DNA of 64,000 nucleotides from Azolla caroliniana (Eukaryota; Plantae; Polypodiophyta). Location: the NCBI GenBank assembly GCA_043228905.1, contig JBHGNT010000011.1:20274001-20338000 (forward strand), given 5' to 3'. Below, in pieces: positions 10,934-24,254 of this stretch. A program made the position numbers and the translations under genes. Position 1 is the first letter of the stretch. Each line of letters opens with the position of its first letter. The notes below the pieces were generated by a model. It was given only the letters and a program-made list of their open reading frames with translations, did not search any database and had not been told where the DNA came from.

Positions 10934-13187
10934 CAGAAAGATCTTCGACAAACCATTGTGGAAAGGACCCATCCTCTTGCAAAGACTGTAAGCCACTTTC
11001 TTCAAAGTCTAACCTAGTTTTCTTCGCAAGTGCCCTTTGCAATTCCACAAGTGCCCCCTTCTCCTCAGGAGCAGCCTTGAGAGCCACGGCTTTGAGGTTG
11101 GCATCTAAAGCAAGCCCCTTATCATATAAAGGAATAGGCATACTCACGGTCTTGTTCTTTTTCTCTATGGTTGCTTCATTACTTGCCAACACTGAATGAA
11201 TGATAAGGTTCCCTTCAATCCTAACTAGTCCATCATGCCTTGGCACAAACAGTGTTGCCGCAAGTGGTACACTTCCATTCATCAAATAAGAAGATCCATT
11301 TGTAGAGACGTCCTCTCCTTTAGGTTGAACCTTTCTTGCCTGAGAATCTTTTCCATTCTCAGCCAATTTCCAATTTGAATCATGGTCATCAAATATCCTA
11401 GAAACGTGACTTTCACTTATTCCAGTCAAAACCCTTCCTCCAGCTCTAACAAGTGTCTTCCCAGTTTCGATATGGGTAGACCACGTATTTGTCTCCTCTC
11501 TTATGTTAGGTTTGAATAGCCACATGTTGAGGTTCACAGGAAACAAAATGAAAACAAAAAATAGGAAGCCCATTGCAGTGATACCAGCAGCTTTCCGTGT
11601 TCTTTTCGATCCTTTCTCAGTTGATCCTTTCCTAGGCTTTGATTCCTTAGAATGATCTAAGGTTGTATTTGATTTCCACCTTGGAATTGCCACTAAAGGT
11701 GCTTGTGAATTTGGAACCATGAAGTTTCCTCCCATCATTGGGTTAGGATGATAAGTACCCATCCATGGAGGCAAACCAGGTATCCCTCCTGCTTGACCAC
11801 TTGCAGGAGGCCCAAACATACTGAGTTGTCTCCTTAAATTAATGTTCTCGTTGCTTATAAGGTTGATTGTATTGTTTAGTTCAGCAATTGTTGATGCCAT
11901 GGTCTTTATTTTCTCTTGCAATTCATCCACATATAATTTTTTCCTTTGCCGCGAAAGTTGTGCACTCTCTCTATTCCTCATCAATCGAGCTCGCCTCTTC
12001 TCTTCATCATCATCTCCATCCTTCACTTCATAGTCTTGAGGAGGAGCTCCTCCTGTATTCTCCTCAAGATTTTTCCTCTTCCTACTAGATTTTCCTATGT
12101 TGCCTATATTGGGACTATGAGAAGCCATGTTTTCACTGTTTAACGTAATTTCATGTGCAAGATCTGAGCTTTCAGAACCCTCAGAGCATATTTTTGAAAC
12201 AAAGCAATACAAATCATCTTCCTCAGACCCAGAATCCATGGAAGGGATAGAGGAATATTTGTCATGAATAACAGAATCTTTGTCATGGATACTAGAATCT
12301 GAATCTTTACAAGATGAACTTGAAGAACCATGTGTGACCCCACTTTCTGGGGACAGAGAGGCACTCATTGCTGCCTCAAAAATGATTCCAGCTCCATGTT
12401 GACATGAATGCGATAATGCACTCTTCTCTGAAGTGTCATCATGAGATAAAACACTCTTCTTTGACGTGTCATCGTTAGATAAACCATTCTTATTTGAGGT
12501 ATCATCATGTTGGCATAAATGTAGTAAAGCACTGTTCTTTGAAGCACCATCATGTTGGCATAAATGTGGTAAAGCACTCTGATTTGACGCATCATCACGT
12601 TGACAGGAATGTGGTAAAATACTCTTTGGATCATTGTCATCTTGGCATGTAGGAAGTAACATGTCCTTTTTTAAAGCATCATCATGTTTCCCTGTATGCA
12701 TTGAAATCTCCTTCTTTGAAGCGTCTTCATGTTGGCATGTATGAGGCAAAACGATATGTTTTGAAATATCATCATGCTGACATGTATGATGCAAAACCCT
12801 ATGTTTTGACGCATCATCATGTTGGCATGCATGAGTATGAGCTACAGAAAAGCACGAAATATTGTCAATAAACTGAGAAAAGATTCCATCTTGAGGGCTA
12901 TAAGAGGCTCCTTGCACCATACAATCATTACCTGTAGTCAGATCTGAATCGACTATGTAATCATCACTTGTAATCATCAGATCTGAGTCTATAATATCGT
13001 TGCACGAAATTGACCAATCGAAATCCATATCAGGAAGTGGTAAATCATCAAAAGAAGAAAGGCGTGCATCTGATTCTGCTTCATTCATTACATCAAGACC
13101 AACGTCAGTGAGCATGAGAGAGATCCAGTCTTCATCCAGAGAGATATCATGAAGAGGGTTCGTGTGAAGCTGTTTAGACGAAGCCAT
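10934..13187 (-). CDS. bZIP28: Membrane-tethered ER-stress bZIP transcription factor (bZIP17/28-like), coding exon 1
   Basis: Basic region EKRRARLMRNRESAQLSRQRKK and leucine zipper, TM segment GFLFFVFILFP, GRVL motif, lumenal ATLFVPRHDGLVRIEGNLIIHSVLASNEA. Donor TG|GTATGT at 10934 (phase 1). Confidence 0.9.
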
Positions 13188-16100
13188 GGCCAGAAAAAGT
13201 CCCCTGTTTTGATTGTTGATAAATCAAGCTCTTCTTTTGCTTTTGTCACAGGTTCAGCTTCCTTCTTTCTCAAGAAATCTTAGAATTTTTTTTCAGATCA
13301 TATGAATTCTGCAGAGTGAGGATCATCAGGGATCGAGCATCCACGGCGATGCAGAAGACAGAAATCCTTACGTTGCACGCCTATCGACCATGGCTCCAAA
13401 CCTCGCTTGTCTGGAAGAAGACCATTGTTGTTGTGTTTAGGAAGACTTTCCATCTGTGGTTTCACACAAGCTCTGGGCTCCTATAATAGGTTTTGCCGAT
13501 GTCCAAGACTTTGATTTGGTCCAGAAATTAGATTAGGTCAGCTCCTATAATATACGATATCCGGTGTTCAAAAAGTTGGCCGGCTTATTTTTGGGCTTTT
13601 GATCTACCTGGTTTTGGACTCTGATTCAATCTTACATGAAGACATTGGTACAACCATAAAATCTTGCAGTGCATCAACTCATTTAACTCGTCGTGTTTCA
13701 ATTGTATGGTCGGTATAAGTTAGAGCTATTTTTTACAATAATTTTGGAAATTAATCAAGTCTCACATCAAGACAAGTTGTTCATACACAAGGCCAAAGCA
13801 CTAAGATTGTGAATATGTATCATTATGAGTCTAAGTCAAGAGTGGGTTCAAGTTTAGTTGAAGCTTTAAATGTAGGCAAAGCCCAAAAATAACATAGTGT
13901 TATATATTTGACACTATAGTGGCAACAATGAATAATGCCTTCAATATAGAGACGCTTTATTGGCACTAATGCTTTGCTGCTTTGAGAAGCCTTATGCAAC
14001 CAAGTTTTTTCGCATAATCTACATTTAGGCTTTTTTTATTGAATTATATTTAAAATGAAATAAATGTGAAAACCAATGATACCATATACATATATGTTAA
14101 ACCATGACATGATACTAATAGCTTTCTCGTGAAAATGGCTTTGTAGATGTTGGTTCACATTGAAATGGTAATTCTGAAAGGCAATGATAACAAGGAATAA
14201 TGTGCCAAAGCATTACCTTTATAAATTAGACTAGAGGCCAAATTACAGCCATCCATTAATTATTGTGTGTAGGTTAGTGGGTCACCTTATTGATAATAAA
14301 TAATTCAAATATATATAAAGTAGACTTAATGTCACATTCAACCATAATATCATTTTATCATTTGATTGATGGTCACATTTTATGTTTTCATCAATACAAG
14401 TGGTGAAAACAAGAACAATTCCCTTTTAACCCAGAAGCCTACATAAAAAGATTTTGATAAGATGTTTTAAAAGTTCCTCAACAACCCACGACAAAGTGTT
14501 ATGAACATAGCCTAACAAACCAAATTCAAAGGCTAACATAATGGTCTTAAGGGTAGGATAAGGGAAAAGGCACTTATTCTAGGACTTGGGACACATGGGA
14601 ACATGTGTGTGGGAGCCTAAGGCATCAACAATAAATATGTATATTAAGGAGACAAACTAACACCTTTGATGTGGCATCTAAAGATGTAATTGAGACTACG
14701 TTGCTGACCTATACAAGTTTGTGTATGAGTGCAAAGCTGGATGTAGAGACATTAGTTAATATCCAGTCGGGTCTATTTCTTCATATGATGAAATCACATA
14801 AAGATTTGGCAAATCTAAATTATGTTAGATACATTGAACCACACTTTTCAACTCAACGCCTTCATTAGGAACTTACTAGCTCACAATTCCATTATGGGTC
14901 CTTTTTCTCATAGCCCTTTTACATTCTCAATATAAGGTAGCTCTCATTCATTGTCACAATAGCTATGATCAACGAGAATATGGAGAACATGGAGACACTA
15001 TGAATGCTATCATGAAATTTTGAATGCGGGGAGTTACATGTAGAAACGAATTCCCATGCAATGTAAAGATATACTTTCCATCATTCTATAGAAGGTCTCA
15101 ATGGAATTAGAGCTTTTATATATGTTGGATATGACATAGCTATGTACATGGAACTTCTTCACTTGCAAAAGTTGGCATAGTGGTATGTCCTAATACATCT
15201 AAAGTACAACCTTTATACCCCAAAAAGAAATAATCAATGGACAAACCAAGCCAAGTCCAAAATTCCTCAATCCGTGTGTGTCCCATCATAGTGATGGTAG
15301 GTCACTTAAGGGCCATCATTCATATACTGGCCTTATGTGATTTGTTGTTATGTGATGCCCATGAAATCGTTATGCGTATGGGCTTGCTCAATGTTGTAGG
15401 TCCCGTAAAACGTTATGGTATTTGTCATCGTTTATGATGCTTACTAGCTCTATATGCTACATGTATGGCACCATGATCATGCAATTTGTGACAATATTGC
15501 GGCGAAATGCCAAACCAGTTCATACCATACATGTGGGTCAATGTGGTATGTTGTACCATAGATGCCCTCTCCATGATGATGCATAAGATATGATATCAGA
15601 ATAATGCCACAACCCAATGCCTTTCACACGATGGTTAGTTATAGTACGTGACATGTGTATGTGACACTACTCAGGGTGTCTTGGTGGGTATCGTGATTAT
15701 ATGAATTGTCGGCCGTAATGACAACGTGTAGGCACAAATTCAGAAGTGCAACACCAAAACGATGTTACATAGACTGCAAATATTTGATTTGTCGCCACAA
15801 AATACAGGGTATACAATCAAATCTTACCTCATTACACAATTTTTTCCAAGCGTTTAGTAATACATTCTTAGCAAAGAAGCAATGGCAGAACATACTTTTT
15901 CATAAGCAACTTTCTAAACTTGGTTTTTTCTGACAACACGAAGATAACCGAGAGGCACCAGGAAAGTAGGAGTAGAAAAAAGAAGATAAGTTTGAATAAA
16001 AATCGTAAGCTTACAAAGGAATTCTCTCATTAACGGATCAACATACAAATTTGACTTTTTTTTTTTTAAGACCGTCTGATCAGATCTTGTCACGAAGACG

Positions 16101-16232
16101 AGGAGTCCATAATTTCAATTCAATTACAATATACATCTACATGAAATGAGATTTAATGGTGTACCTCTTGTTGATGCTGAGGTTTAGACCCTCAATCTTT
16201 CTTTGCCACGAAGAAAGAAAGAAAAACCAGAG

Positions 16233-17189
16233 TTAACTAACTCCCACATCTGCAGTGATGAGTGGTCTTCTTGATGAAGACGACGACCTGTTGTTAGGGG
16301 AAGAAGATGTTGATGCCGATGCCGATGATGATTTCCTTCTTCTCACATCTGTATTGATGAGAGCAGCACGAGCTGCCATGAGACCTGCAGGTCTGAGGGC
16401 ATCTTCAACGATGCCATAGGTCACCCATTCTTCTAGGTGCTGCTCCCTCCCCCATATCTCTGGTATACACACATTTCCTCCTGTCTCCATCCAATGTCTC
16501 TGCAGACGTTGTCTCCCACACGTCGAGAAACAGTTCCCTACTTTCTGCGGGATTTGCATCAGATTCATTTGATCTGCTGTTCCATCGTTCATGATCAAAT
16601 TGCTCGTAGAATATAGATTCTCATCCTGATGGAGATGTTGATCTTCATTACTAGCGTTTTCGTGGAGACCTTTCTTTTGGTGGATTTTGCGATGGCTTTC
16701 TTGGTCGACTTTACCACGGCCTTCTTGACTGGCTTCGCCATTGATTTCTTGATCTTCGCCACGATTCTCTTCTAATTTCCCACTTCCTTGAAAACACTTG
16801 TGGCATCCTTGCATTAAAGTGGCATCTTCTTTCAGAAATTCACAGCTCCATTGCGGGAGATTTCCGTTTTCTCCGCTCGGCTGCAGAAGAATACAATTTC
16901 CATGATCTGTGCTGCCGTTTCCTTGCTCTTGGAGGTCATATCCTGCAGGGGCCCCTCCAGATTGAATCAAAATCTGCAGCCCTGACGGAAAGGGATCCTC
17001 CATGGCGGAAGAAGGATGACAGGCATGGCGGTGATGATGATGGAGAGGGGACAATGCAGAAGAGGGGCGATCCGTAGGGGCACACCACTTAAGAGAGGTT
17101 TTGAGAGGCTTGAGGTGAGGGGATGAAGGATGAGGAGGAGAAGGCGCAGGTGAAGGTGAAGGTGAAAGAGGGGAAGATGGTCTCACCAT
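16233..17189 (-). CDS. BIC1: BIC (blue-light inhibitor of cryptochromes)-like protein
   Basis: C-terminal CGRQRLQRHWMETGGNVCIPEIWGREQHLEEW...LMAARAAL matches the BIC cryptochrome-interacting domain pattern (GRERLKRH...V.IP..WG.E..L..W...AR.AL). First in-frame ATG is 17189; an alternative start is MEDPFP. Confidence 0.85.
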   Translation of the reverse strand: MVRPSSPLSPSPSPAPSPPHPSSPHLKPLKTSLKWCAPTDRPSSALSPLHHHHRHACHPSSAMEDPFPSGLQILIQSGGAPAGYDLQEQGNGSTDHGNCILLQPSGENGNLPQWSCEFLKEDATLMQGCHKCFQGSGKLEENRGEDQEINGEASQEGRGKVDQESHRKIHQKKGLHENASNEDQHLHQDENLYSTSNLIMNDGTADQMNLMQIPQKVGNCFSTCGRQRLQRHWMETGGNVCIPEIWGREQHLEEWVTYGIVEDALRPAGLMAARAALINTDVRRRKSSSASASTSSSPNNRSSSSSRRPLITADVGVS

Positions 17190-17268
17190 GGCAGAGCAGA
17201 GCAGAGCAGAGCAGAGAGGGAACAGGTGGTTGGGTTGTGCAGGAGAAAATGAATGAGAGAGAGAGTCT

Positions 17269-17302
<34 letters not shown>

Positions 17303-17337
17303 GACCACACAAAATTTGCTCTTCTTTCTCGTCGATC

Positions 17338-17441
17338 TGACGTGGCGCCTCCTGCTTCCACAATTGGATTTGTTCGTCCACGTCACCCCCCCCCCCCCCC
17401 CACTTCTTCTGCCTTCTGCCCCGCCCCTCACAAAACATTCA

Positions 17442-17473
<32 letters not shown>

Positions 17474-17554
17474 AGACTCTCTCTCCTGTCTGTGTCTCTG
17501 ACTCTGTCGTCGTGGCCTCCTAGCATCCCATGTGTCCCCCCCACTGTCACGTGA
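17338..17554. promoter_or_regulatory. ACGT-core light-responsive elements upstream of the BIC-like gene
   Basis: TGACGTGG 17338-17345, CCACGTCA 17378-17385 (same motif inverted) and G-box TCACGTGA 17547-17554. Confidence 0.55.
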
Positions 17555-18201
17555 GCTCACACAGTACACCACACCTATCTTTATATACCTTATAATCGTG
17601 GGTAGTTAACTTAACCCGAATGAACCACAAGAAGGAAGCCACGAGGGGGTTTGCGTGCGTGTGACTTACGTATGTCAAGCGTCAATTCGGCAATTATAAT
17701 CAAGAGCCTTTTTAAGTGACTACATTCATCCAACGAGAAATATGTCAAACGAGATATTAATAACATTGCGGAGGAGGGTGGGAAGATCATAAGTGCAAAT
17801 GAGAAATTAATTGCATTGGGGGGGTCGCAATCCCCCCTAGAGAGACACCTACTCCACATGTGGATTTATTATGTATATACTACATCAAAAAAGTGGTAAA
17901 ATATAACAGGATGAGCTTAAACTTTTCTCATCTTGTACAACGTTCATTGAATTCAATGAAAACTTCTAAAATAAGCATTATCACGTAAGGCTACAACGGG
18001 TTCACAAAGAAGAACTAGATATTTCACTAGGGTGTTGTTGAAATGAGGCTAAACATTGACTAAATTCTATGGAGACATTCATTAAGCAACTTCCAATGCA
18101 TAAGTAGACTCTCTCTCTCTCGTTTTGGTTGTACTACAACCTATTTCTTATGTCCCAAGTACAAAGCACATTAAATTTAAATCATGGTGATTTAGAACAT
18201 A

Positions 18202-18656
18202 TATTATAGATCAAAGTACTAATGTAAGCTTAAGATAAGGATAATGAAAAGATAGATAGAAAGGAGAAAGAGAAAGAAGGGTGCCGATCCACCCGACCAC
18301 CCCCGAGCGAAGGGATCGAGACGGACTCGAGCCTCGATCGGCGTCCCATACCACCGCCGTGGCGTCGAGTCGTACCTGGTGCTGGCGCGCTCGCTACAAG
18401 AGTTGACCCACCACACGAGCAGAGTCTCGATGTAGTCAAAAGATGATCAAATGAGGGTAGCTAGGCCTCTTATTTATAGCGAAACCCAAGGCCCCCAGGC
18501 AAGTTCACACTTGACCTAATGGGTTGTCTCAATCCCGAGGATTAAAAGTAATCCTCCCCTTCTTTACACTCTCCTTTAACCCTCACACTTATCCACGTGT
18601 ATAGAATACTACGGTAAATTCTTACCACGGGATATTATATGGTCATGCCCGTAACA
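18202..18656 (-). repeat. 3' LTR of chromovirus
   Basis: No difference from 24764-25218 found by eye; adjacent to the PPT. Confidence 0.95.
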
Positions 18657-21600
18657 TACTCCCCCTCTTTAAAACATTGCACTCTTGCAATGGAAAGTTA
18701 GGGAAGTTAGTTCTAAGTGTATTTTCGCGTTCCCATGTGGCATCTTTTATTGATTTATCCATCCATTTTATTTTGAATTCTCGGATTTCTTTAGTACGTA
18801 ATTTTTTTGTTTTAACATCGAGAATTCTTTCTGGTACATGTGGTTTAGAAGATAATTCTTCAGAAGTAACCAGAGTTTCAGTCGTAGCTGTATTGTCGCC
18901 AGAACCTAGAAGTTCTTTTAGACGACTCACATGAAAGACTGGATGAATTCCGACACCATCGGGAAGAGCGAGACGATAGGCTGATGACCCAATGCGTTTG
19001 AGGACTGTAAAAGGTCCACAAAACCGTGGGGCTAACTTAGCGCACTTACCCGTAGACAATGTCTTAGAATTGTGAGGTACACGTAAAAATACCTTCTGTC
19101 CAGGGTTGAATACACGAGGTTGCCTATGATGATCGGCATAAAAACGCGCTCTATCTTGAGCTGTTTTTATATTATCTCGTGCAATATGCAACATATCTTG
19201 CATATCCTGAAGAAAGTTTTGCGTACTTCGCAACTCATCATGATGTATAGTAACATCAATCGGGGCTCGTGGCTGAAAACCATACATCAACATAAAAGGA
19301 CTATATCCCGTCGACGTATGCTTGGAGCTGTTATAAGCAAACTCCAAAATTGGGAGATAACGTTCCCATTTTGTTGGTTTTGCACCAACGTATGCTCGAA
19401 GCATGTCCTCAATAATTTGATTTACTCGTTCTGTCTGTCCATCGGATTGAGGATGATCCGTGGAGCTCATGCTCAACGTAGTTTCTAACTTCTTAAAGAC
19501 CTGTGTCCAGAAGTCACTAGTAAACTTTGGATCTCGATCACTCACGATATCCATCGGTAACCCATAAAAACGAAACAATTCGTCAACGAATTGGTAAGCC
19601 AATTCAGGAGCTGTTACCGTGGTTTTAGTAGCAATAAATCTGGCCATTTTAGTTAGTCGATCAACGACAACCCAGATGGCATCATGACCTTTTTGGGTGC
19701 GAGGAAGGCTAACAATAAAATCCATGGATATACTTTCCCACTTATTATTGGGAATGTCCAAGGGATGTAAAAGTCCTGCGACTTTAAGTCGCTCGGCTTT
19801 GTTAACCTGACACTGGTGACATTTAGTCACATAGCTATGTATGTCAGGACGCATCTTAGGCCAATAAAATTGAGTGGAGATGAGAACGAGTGTACGATGT
19901 ATTCCAGGGTGCCCTGCTGAGGGTGCATCATGGCATTCAAAAAGAATCCTCTTTTTGACCTTGGGTAAATCTGGAACACAAACCTTCCCATTACGGTAGA
20001 GCAAACCGTTAACAATGTGGAAGTATTCCTTCGAGGATGTGGTGGTGTTTGTTCCAGACTCAACTCTTGCCCAGTATTTTGCGAAATAACTGTCATCAGG
20101 ATACTTTCCTCGAAGGTGATCATAAAGATCTGATGATATTTCAGTGAAGCTAAGCGTGTTAACTTCACGGATGCGACTTAGTGCATCAGCGACAGTGTTC
20201 ATGGAACCTTTACGATATCGTATGGAAAAATCAAAGTCTTGGATGAGATCAGCCCATCGTGCCTTACGACCTTTCAGGTCTTGTTGGTCACAAAAATATT
20301 TCAAGGACTCGTGGTCCGTAGTTACCACAAAGTGATTTCCATAAAGATAATGGCGCCATGTTTTGAGCGCATGTATAACTGCAAATAATTCCTTTTCTTG
20401 AACGGTATACCGACATTGAGCAGAATCAAGTTTCTTACTCTCGAATGCTATTGGTTTACCATCTTGATACAAGACAGCACCTATAGCATAATCGCTTGCA
20501 TCGGTTTCAACCTCAAAAGGTTTTGAAGGATCGGGTAAAAGAAGTGAAGGAGCCTTGCAAACCAGGTCCTTGAGTTCCTTAAATGCAAGGTCTAGTGTAG
20601 CATTCCACACAATAGGTTTTGTAGACTTACGCGTTTGACCTTTTAAAAGATCAGTAAACGGCGTCGTCAATTGGGAGTAATTACGAAGAGACTTTCGCAA
20701 AAACCCCACAAAACCAAGGAATGATCGAACTTCTCGAATATTCCGAAGAGTGGGCCAAAGCTTGATTTTCTCAATGCGAGAAGGATCAATTTCAACTCCT
20801 CGTTCGGTTATGAGATGTCCTAGATAAGTAATTGATTTCTTGAAGAACTCACATTTTGAGATCTTCGCATAAAACTGTTTGTCACGCAATGTTTGTAAAA
20901 CAAAGCGGACATGTCTAGCATGTTCTTGTAATGTACGGCTATAAACTAAAATATCATCCAAGAAAATAACGACAAATTTTCCAAGTTGTTCTCGGAAAAT
21001 GTCATTCATTTCTTGTTGAAAAGTAGCCGGAGCATTGGTCAAACCAAAAGGCATAACCAAAAACTCGTAATGGCCATAGCGCGTACGAAATGCCGTTTTA
21101 GGAACATCGTCCTCACTTATTCGTATTTGATGGTAGCCAGTACGGAGATCAAGTTTCGTAAAATACCGAGCTCCCTGGAGACGGTCAATTAGATCGTCAG
21201 CCCGGGGCAATGGATACGAATTCTTGATCGTCACTTTATTCAAGCGTCGGTAATTAATACACATACGCCATGTGCCCTCTTTCTTTTTAACCAAGAGAAC
21301 TGGTGCACCCCATGGAGATTTACTATAACGTATATAACCCATTCGTAAATAGTCCTTGAGTTGCTTAGATACCTCATCTTCTTCGGATCGACTTAAGCGA
21401 TATGGAGGTATACTTATTGGTGCAACACCAGGTACAATATCTATACGATGGTCTATATTACGTTTAGGAGGTAACCCATCAGGTAGTTCACTTGGAAAAA
21501 CATCATGAAAATCATTTAAGATTTCATCAAGTTGTTGTTGTTCAAAATATGGTAATTGAATCGGGACATTATCGATATTGTAAACGTGAATGTCCGGATC

Positions 21601-23076
21601 AAGTACACAATAAAATAACGTAGAACAAGACAACTCGGATATTGATGGACACGAGGAAACAATCGAGAGGGATTGTTTTTTTACACATTGAATAAAATGC
21701 GTACAATCGTTCAGTACAAAAGAAATGGAATGACGAACCCAATCAATAAATAAAGAAGAGTTTTTATTATAAAACCAGGGATAACCCAGTATTACATCGG
21801 TGGTACAAAGATTCATTACATGGAAGTCTACTTCCTCTATATAAGTATCAATAGAAATTCCTAATGAATGAATCGCCCCGTTGATGTATTGTACTCTTCC
21901 ATCAGCCAAGTGCACCGTGTAGGTGTGATCACTTACGGTGGGTTGGATTCCCCATATCTGAACCAAACGATCATTCACAAAATTGTGTGAGCTTCCCGAA
22001 TCAAATAAAAATTGTACGGGAGATCCATTGATATACCCGTTTGCACGTAGTAAATCATTGGGACCCAATACATAGTGAGGGAAAGAACATTGACAATTAC
22101 TTAAATGATGTGTATAGACCTGAAGGACATTAGGAATCTGACCTTTATGGTCTGCAGCTTTAGCTTTGTTGTCATGCTCTTTCCGTTGGAGCTTTCGACA
22201 TTGATCTTTTGTATGACCCTTCTTTTTGCAGAATACACAAAAAGGATGTTGTCGCTTACAATCGCGATCCAGGAATTCGTTGGGTGTCTTGCGTTTCCCA
22301 ACAAATTGCGACTGCTTAGTCCCGGACGCTTCGTTGGGTTTGTTATGGTCCTTCTTCGAAGTGCGTTGATAGCGAAGAACTATTTCAACGGCCTCTTCGA
22401 AGGATTTTGGATCCTTATCGTGCACTATCCAGTGATAGTCCGAATTGGGGATGCCATTGACAAAACAAGCTATCAACCAATTGTCCCCTTCTAGACCCGA
22501 TTTTTGGATTTGGGTTCTAGCATGGTGAACATAGTCTTCTAGCGAGGAAAATTTCCTGCTAGAGAGGTTCATTAAAGCTTGTGCTGCCTCGGTTCGAGAG
22601 GGAGGTTGCAGGAATTGGCCCTTAAAAACCGTGACAAAATCTGTCCAGGTATCGGGCAATTTCCCCATAGTACGGAGGCCACGCCACCAGGCGGCGGCCT
22701 TACCCCCGAGTTCTCGGCCGACATATGCAATCTTCGTACTATCTGGCGTGGGATAGAGCTCAAAATGAGACTCCCATCGTCCCAGCCATGTGCAGATTGC
22801 TTCTTCGGTTCTTTCCTTTTTGTCTCCCGTAAATGGCTTAACGACAAATGATGGTTCACCTTGTCGCTCATCAGGTCTATTAGTCTCACGTTGTAGGCTA
22901 ATGACACGTGCCTCAAGAGCACTCTGAGATTGCCGAAGTTCGGTCATCTGTTGAGCGGTGAAACTAAGGAATTGGGTTATTTGTGCCAAATACATCTCAG
23001 TGGACATTTGTCCAGGAGGATTCCCTTGAGTTCCTTCCGCTTGAGCGGATGACATCGGGTCGTTAATTTGAGCCAT
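18643..23076 (-). CDS. Gag-Pol polyprotein (gag, zinc knuckle, protease, RT, RNase H, integrase, chromodomain)
   Basis: 1477 aa: [33 protein letters not shown] and [21 protein letters not shown] and DDE integrase ([15 protein letters not shown]), GPF motif and chromodomain IKW...ATWE. Confidence 0.96.
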   Translation of the reverse strand: MAQINDPMSSAQAEGTQGNPPGQMSTEMYLAQITQFLSFTAQQMTELRQSQSALEARVISLQRETNRPDERQGEPSFVVKPFTGDKKERTEEAICTWLGRWESHFELYPTPDSTKIAYVGRELGGKAAAWWRGLRTMGKLPDTWTDFVTVFKGQFLQPPSRTEAAQALMNLSSRKFSSLEDYVHHARTQIQKSGLEGDNWLIACFVNGIPNSDYHWIVHDKDPKSFEEAVEIVLRYQRTSKKDHNKPNEASGTKQSQFVGKRKTPNEFLDRDCKRQHPFCVFCKKKGHTKDQCRKLQRKEHDNKAKAADHKGQIPNVLQVYTHHLSNCQCSFPHYVLGPNDLLRANGYINGSPVQFLFDSGSSHNFVNDRLVQIWGIQPTVSDHTYTVHLADGRVQYINGAIHSLGISIDTYIEEVDFHVMNLCTTDVILGYPWFYNKNSSLFIDWVRHSISFVLNDCTHFIQCVKKQSLSIVSSCPSISELSCSTLFYCVLDPDIHVYNIDNVPIQLPYFEQQQLDEILNDFHDVFPSELPDGLPPKRNIDHRIDIVPGVAPISIPPYRLSRSEEDEVSKQLKDYLRMGYIRYSKSPWGAPVLLVKKKEGTWRMCINYRRLNKVTIKNSYPLPRADDLIDRLQGARYFTKLDLRTGYHQIRISEDDVPKTAFRTRYGHYEFLVMPFGLTNAPATFQQEMNDIFREQLGKFVVIFLDDILVYSRTLQEHARHVRFVLQTLRDKQFYAKISKCEFFKKSITYLGHLITERGVEIDPSRIEKIKLWPTLRNIREVRSFLGFVGFLRKSLRNYSQLTTPFTDLLKGQTRKSTKPIVWNATLDLAFKELKDLVCKAPSLLLPDPSKPFEVETDASDYAIGAVLYQDGKPIAFESKKLDSAQCRYTVQEKELFAVIHALKTWRHYLYGNHFVVTTDHESLKYFCDQQDLKGRKARWADLIQDFDFSIRYRKGSMNTVADALSRIREVNTLSFTEISSDLYDHLRGKYPDDSYFAKYWARVESGTNTTTSSKEYFHIVNGLLYRNGKVCVPDLPKVKKRILFECHDAPSAGHPGIHRTLVLISTQFYWPKMRPDIHSYVTKCHQCQVNKAERLKVAGLLHPLDIPNNKWESISMDFIVSLPRTQKGHDAIWVVVDRLTKMARFIATKTTVTAPELAYQFVDELFRFYGLPMDIVSDRDPKFTSDFWTQVFKKLETTLSMSSTDHPQSDGQTERVNQIIEDMLRAYVGAKPTKWERYLPILEFAYNSSKHTSTGYSPFMLMYGFQPRAPIDVTIHHDELRSTQNFLQDMQDMLHIARDNIKTAQDRARFYADHHRQPRVFNPGQKVFLRVPHNSKTLSTGKCAKLAPRFCGPFTVLKRIGSSAYRLALPDGVGIHPVFHVSRLKELLGSGDNTATTETLVTSEELSSKPHVPERILDVKTKKLRTKEIREFKIKWMDKSIKDATWERENTLRTNFPNFPLQECNVLKRGSMLRA

Positions 23077-23515
23077 TAAAGATTATTTCTGGAAAAGAAA
23101 TAGGATAAGGTCAGAGATATAGTCATAACATCTTGTCGTGATGTAAACATATCATGGGCGAGCATTAATCGATATCATTATCTCACGTCAATACCCCTCT
23201 AGACGTATGAGATGAGGTTCAAGATCAGGTTACTATGGTAACACAAAGGTGTTTTAAAAACCATGGGGGTGACAAATAAATGTCTTTCCCTGATCTCTAT
23301 ATCGATTTTTTCATGGTGGCTCCCCGAGGCTCAACCATGTATGTTCGCGTCATGAATAGTTTATACACGAAAAAAAATGTTAACAATAAACTATGTTTCG
23401 GTGCCCACATAAGTGGTTTCGGCTCTTTAAGTCCTATTACGAGGACCCCGAGGTGCACTTAGACCTTAAGTCTAAACATGTGTTATAGTCATATGTATCA
23501 AGGATGTTGTATGGT

Positions 23516-23577
23516 CTTGGTCATATTTGAACTCGAGACCTCGAGAACAAATACATTAAACACTTGAGCCAACCAAG
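23516..23577 (-). other. Degenerate tRNA-like module in the chromovirus 5' leader
   Basis: Minus strand reads CTTGGT-TGGCTCAAGTG (A-box-like)...GAGGTCTCGAGTTCAAAT (B-box-like)...ACCAAG followed by ACCA; the ends can pair. Confidence 0.35.
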
Positions 23578-24254
23578 TAAGTTGCTCTTCTCGAATGCTT
23601 AATGTTTATTGCGTATAAGAGATATGCGAGGCAATTGATCATATACGTTTTTTTAAAAGAACATATATGTCAAGGGTCCTTATTTCGCCCTCATTTACCA
23701 ACACTATGTTGGTACGTTACCTAACCTCAAGTCTCGTAATTACGATGGCATATGTCAAAGGGCAACCTAATGGTCAAGCCAAATGAGCCCTCGTTTCGTA
23801 GTAGGCTCACGTGGGCCATCACATGGTCACGTCATTACGAATGCCTCTCGTAAGAACGAGCTCATGGTGGCATCGTATCCATGTAACGAGGGAAGGATGT
23901 TGGATACGTGCGTCATTGGAGCGACCTCACTTGAAGTGGGTCAAGCCCTACGTACTCAACATCATTATGGCTATTGCGTTTCTTTACGTAACGAAATCGA
24001 GGTCATCAACGGGGTTGTCAACAATAAAAAATTGTTGAAAAAGGAATGGTGACAACGCCATTCTCACAAAAATGTGAGGACGGCCACCAACATCCTTTTC
24101 CCGATCATGACAACTTTCGATATAATCACGTAATAACGAATATACACATATGGTTACTTATCACATATATACGATCAAATACGTATATATGTGACCACAT
24201 ATGCCTATATTCAACATATCGTTATAGTAAATAGCCACAAATGATGTGATCGAG

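Noticed and set aside
13295-13392. uORF and short 5' UTR intron of the bZIP gene
   Set aside because: An ATG and GT/AG sites exist, but TSS and splicing cannot be established from sequence alone.
17190-17572. N-terminal extension of the BIC ORF and overlapping ORFs
   Set aside because: The extension has a non-ATG start, and these frames run through GA and C homopolymer tracts in the likely promoter/UTR.
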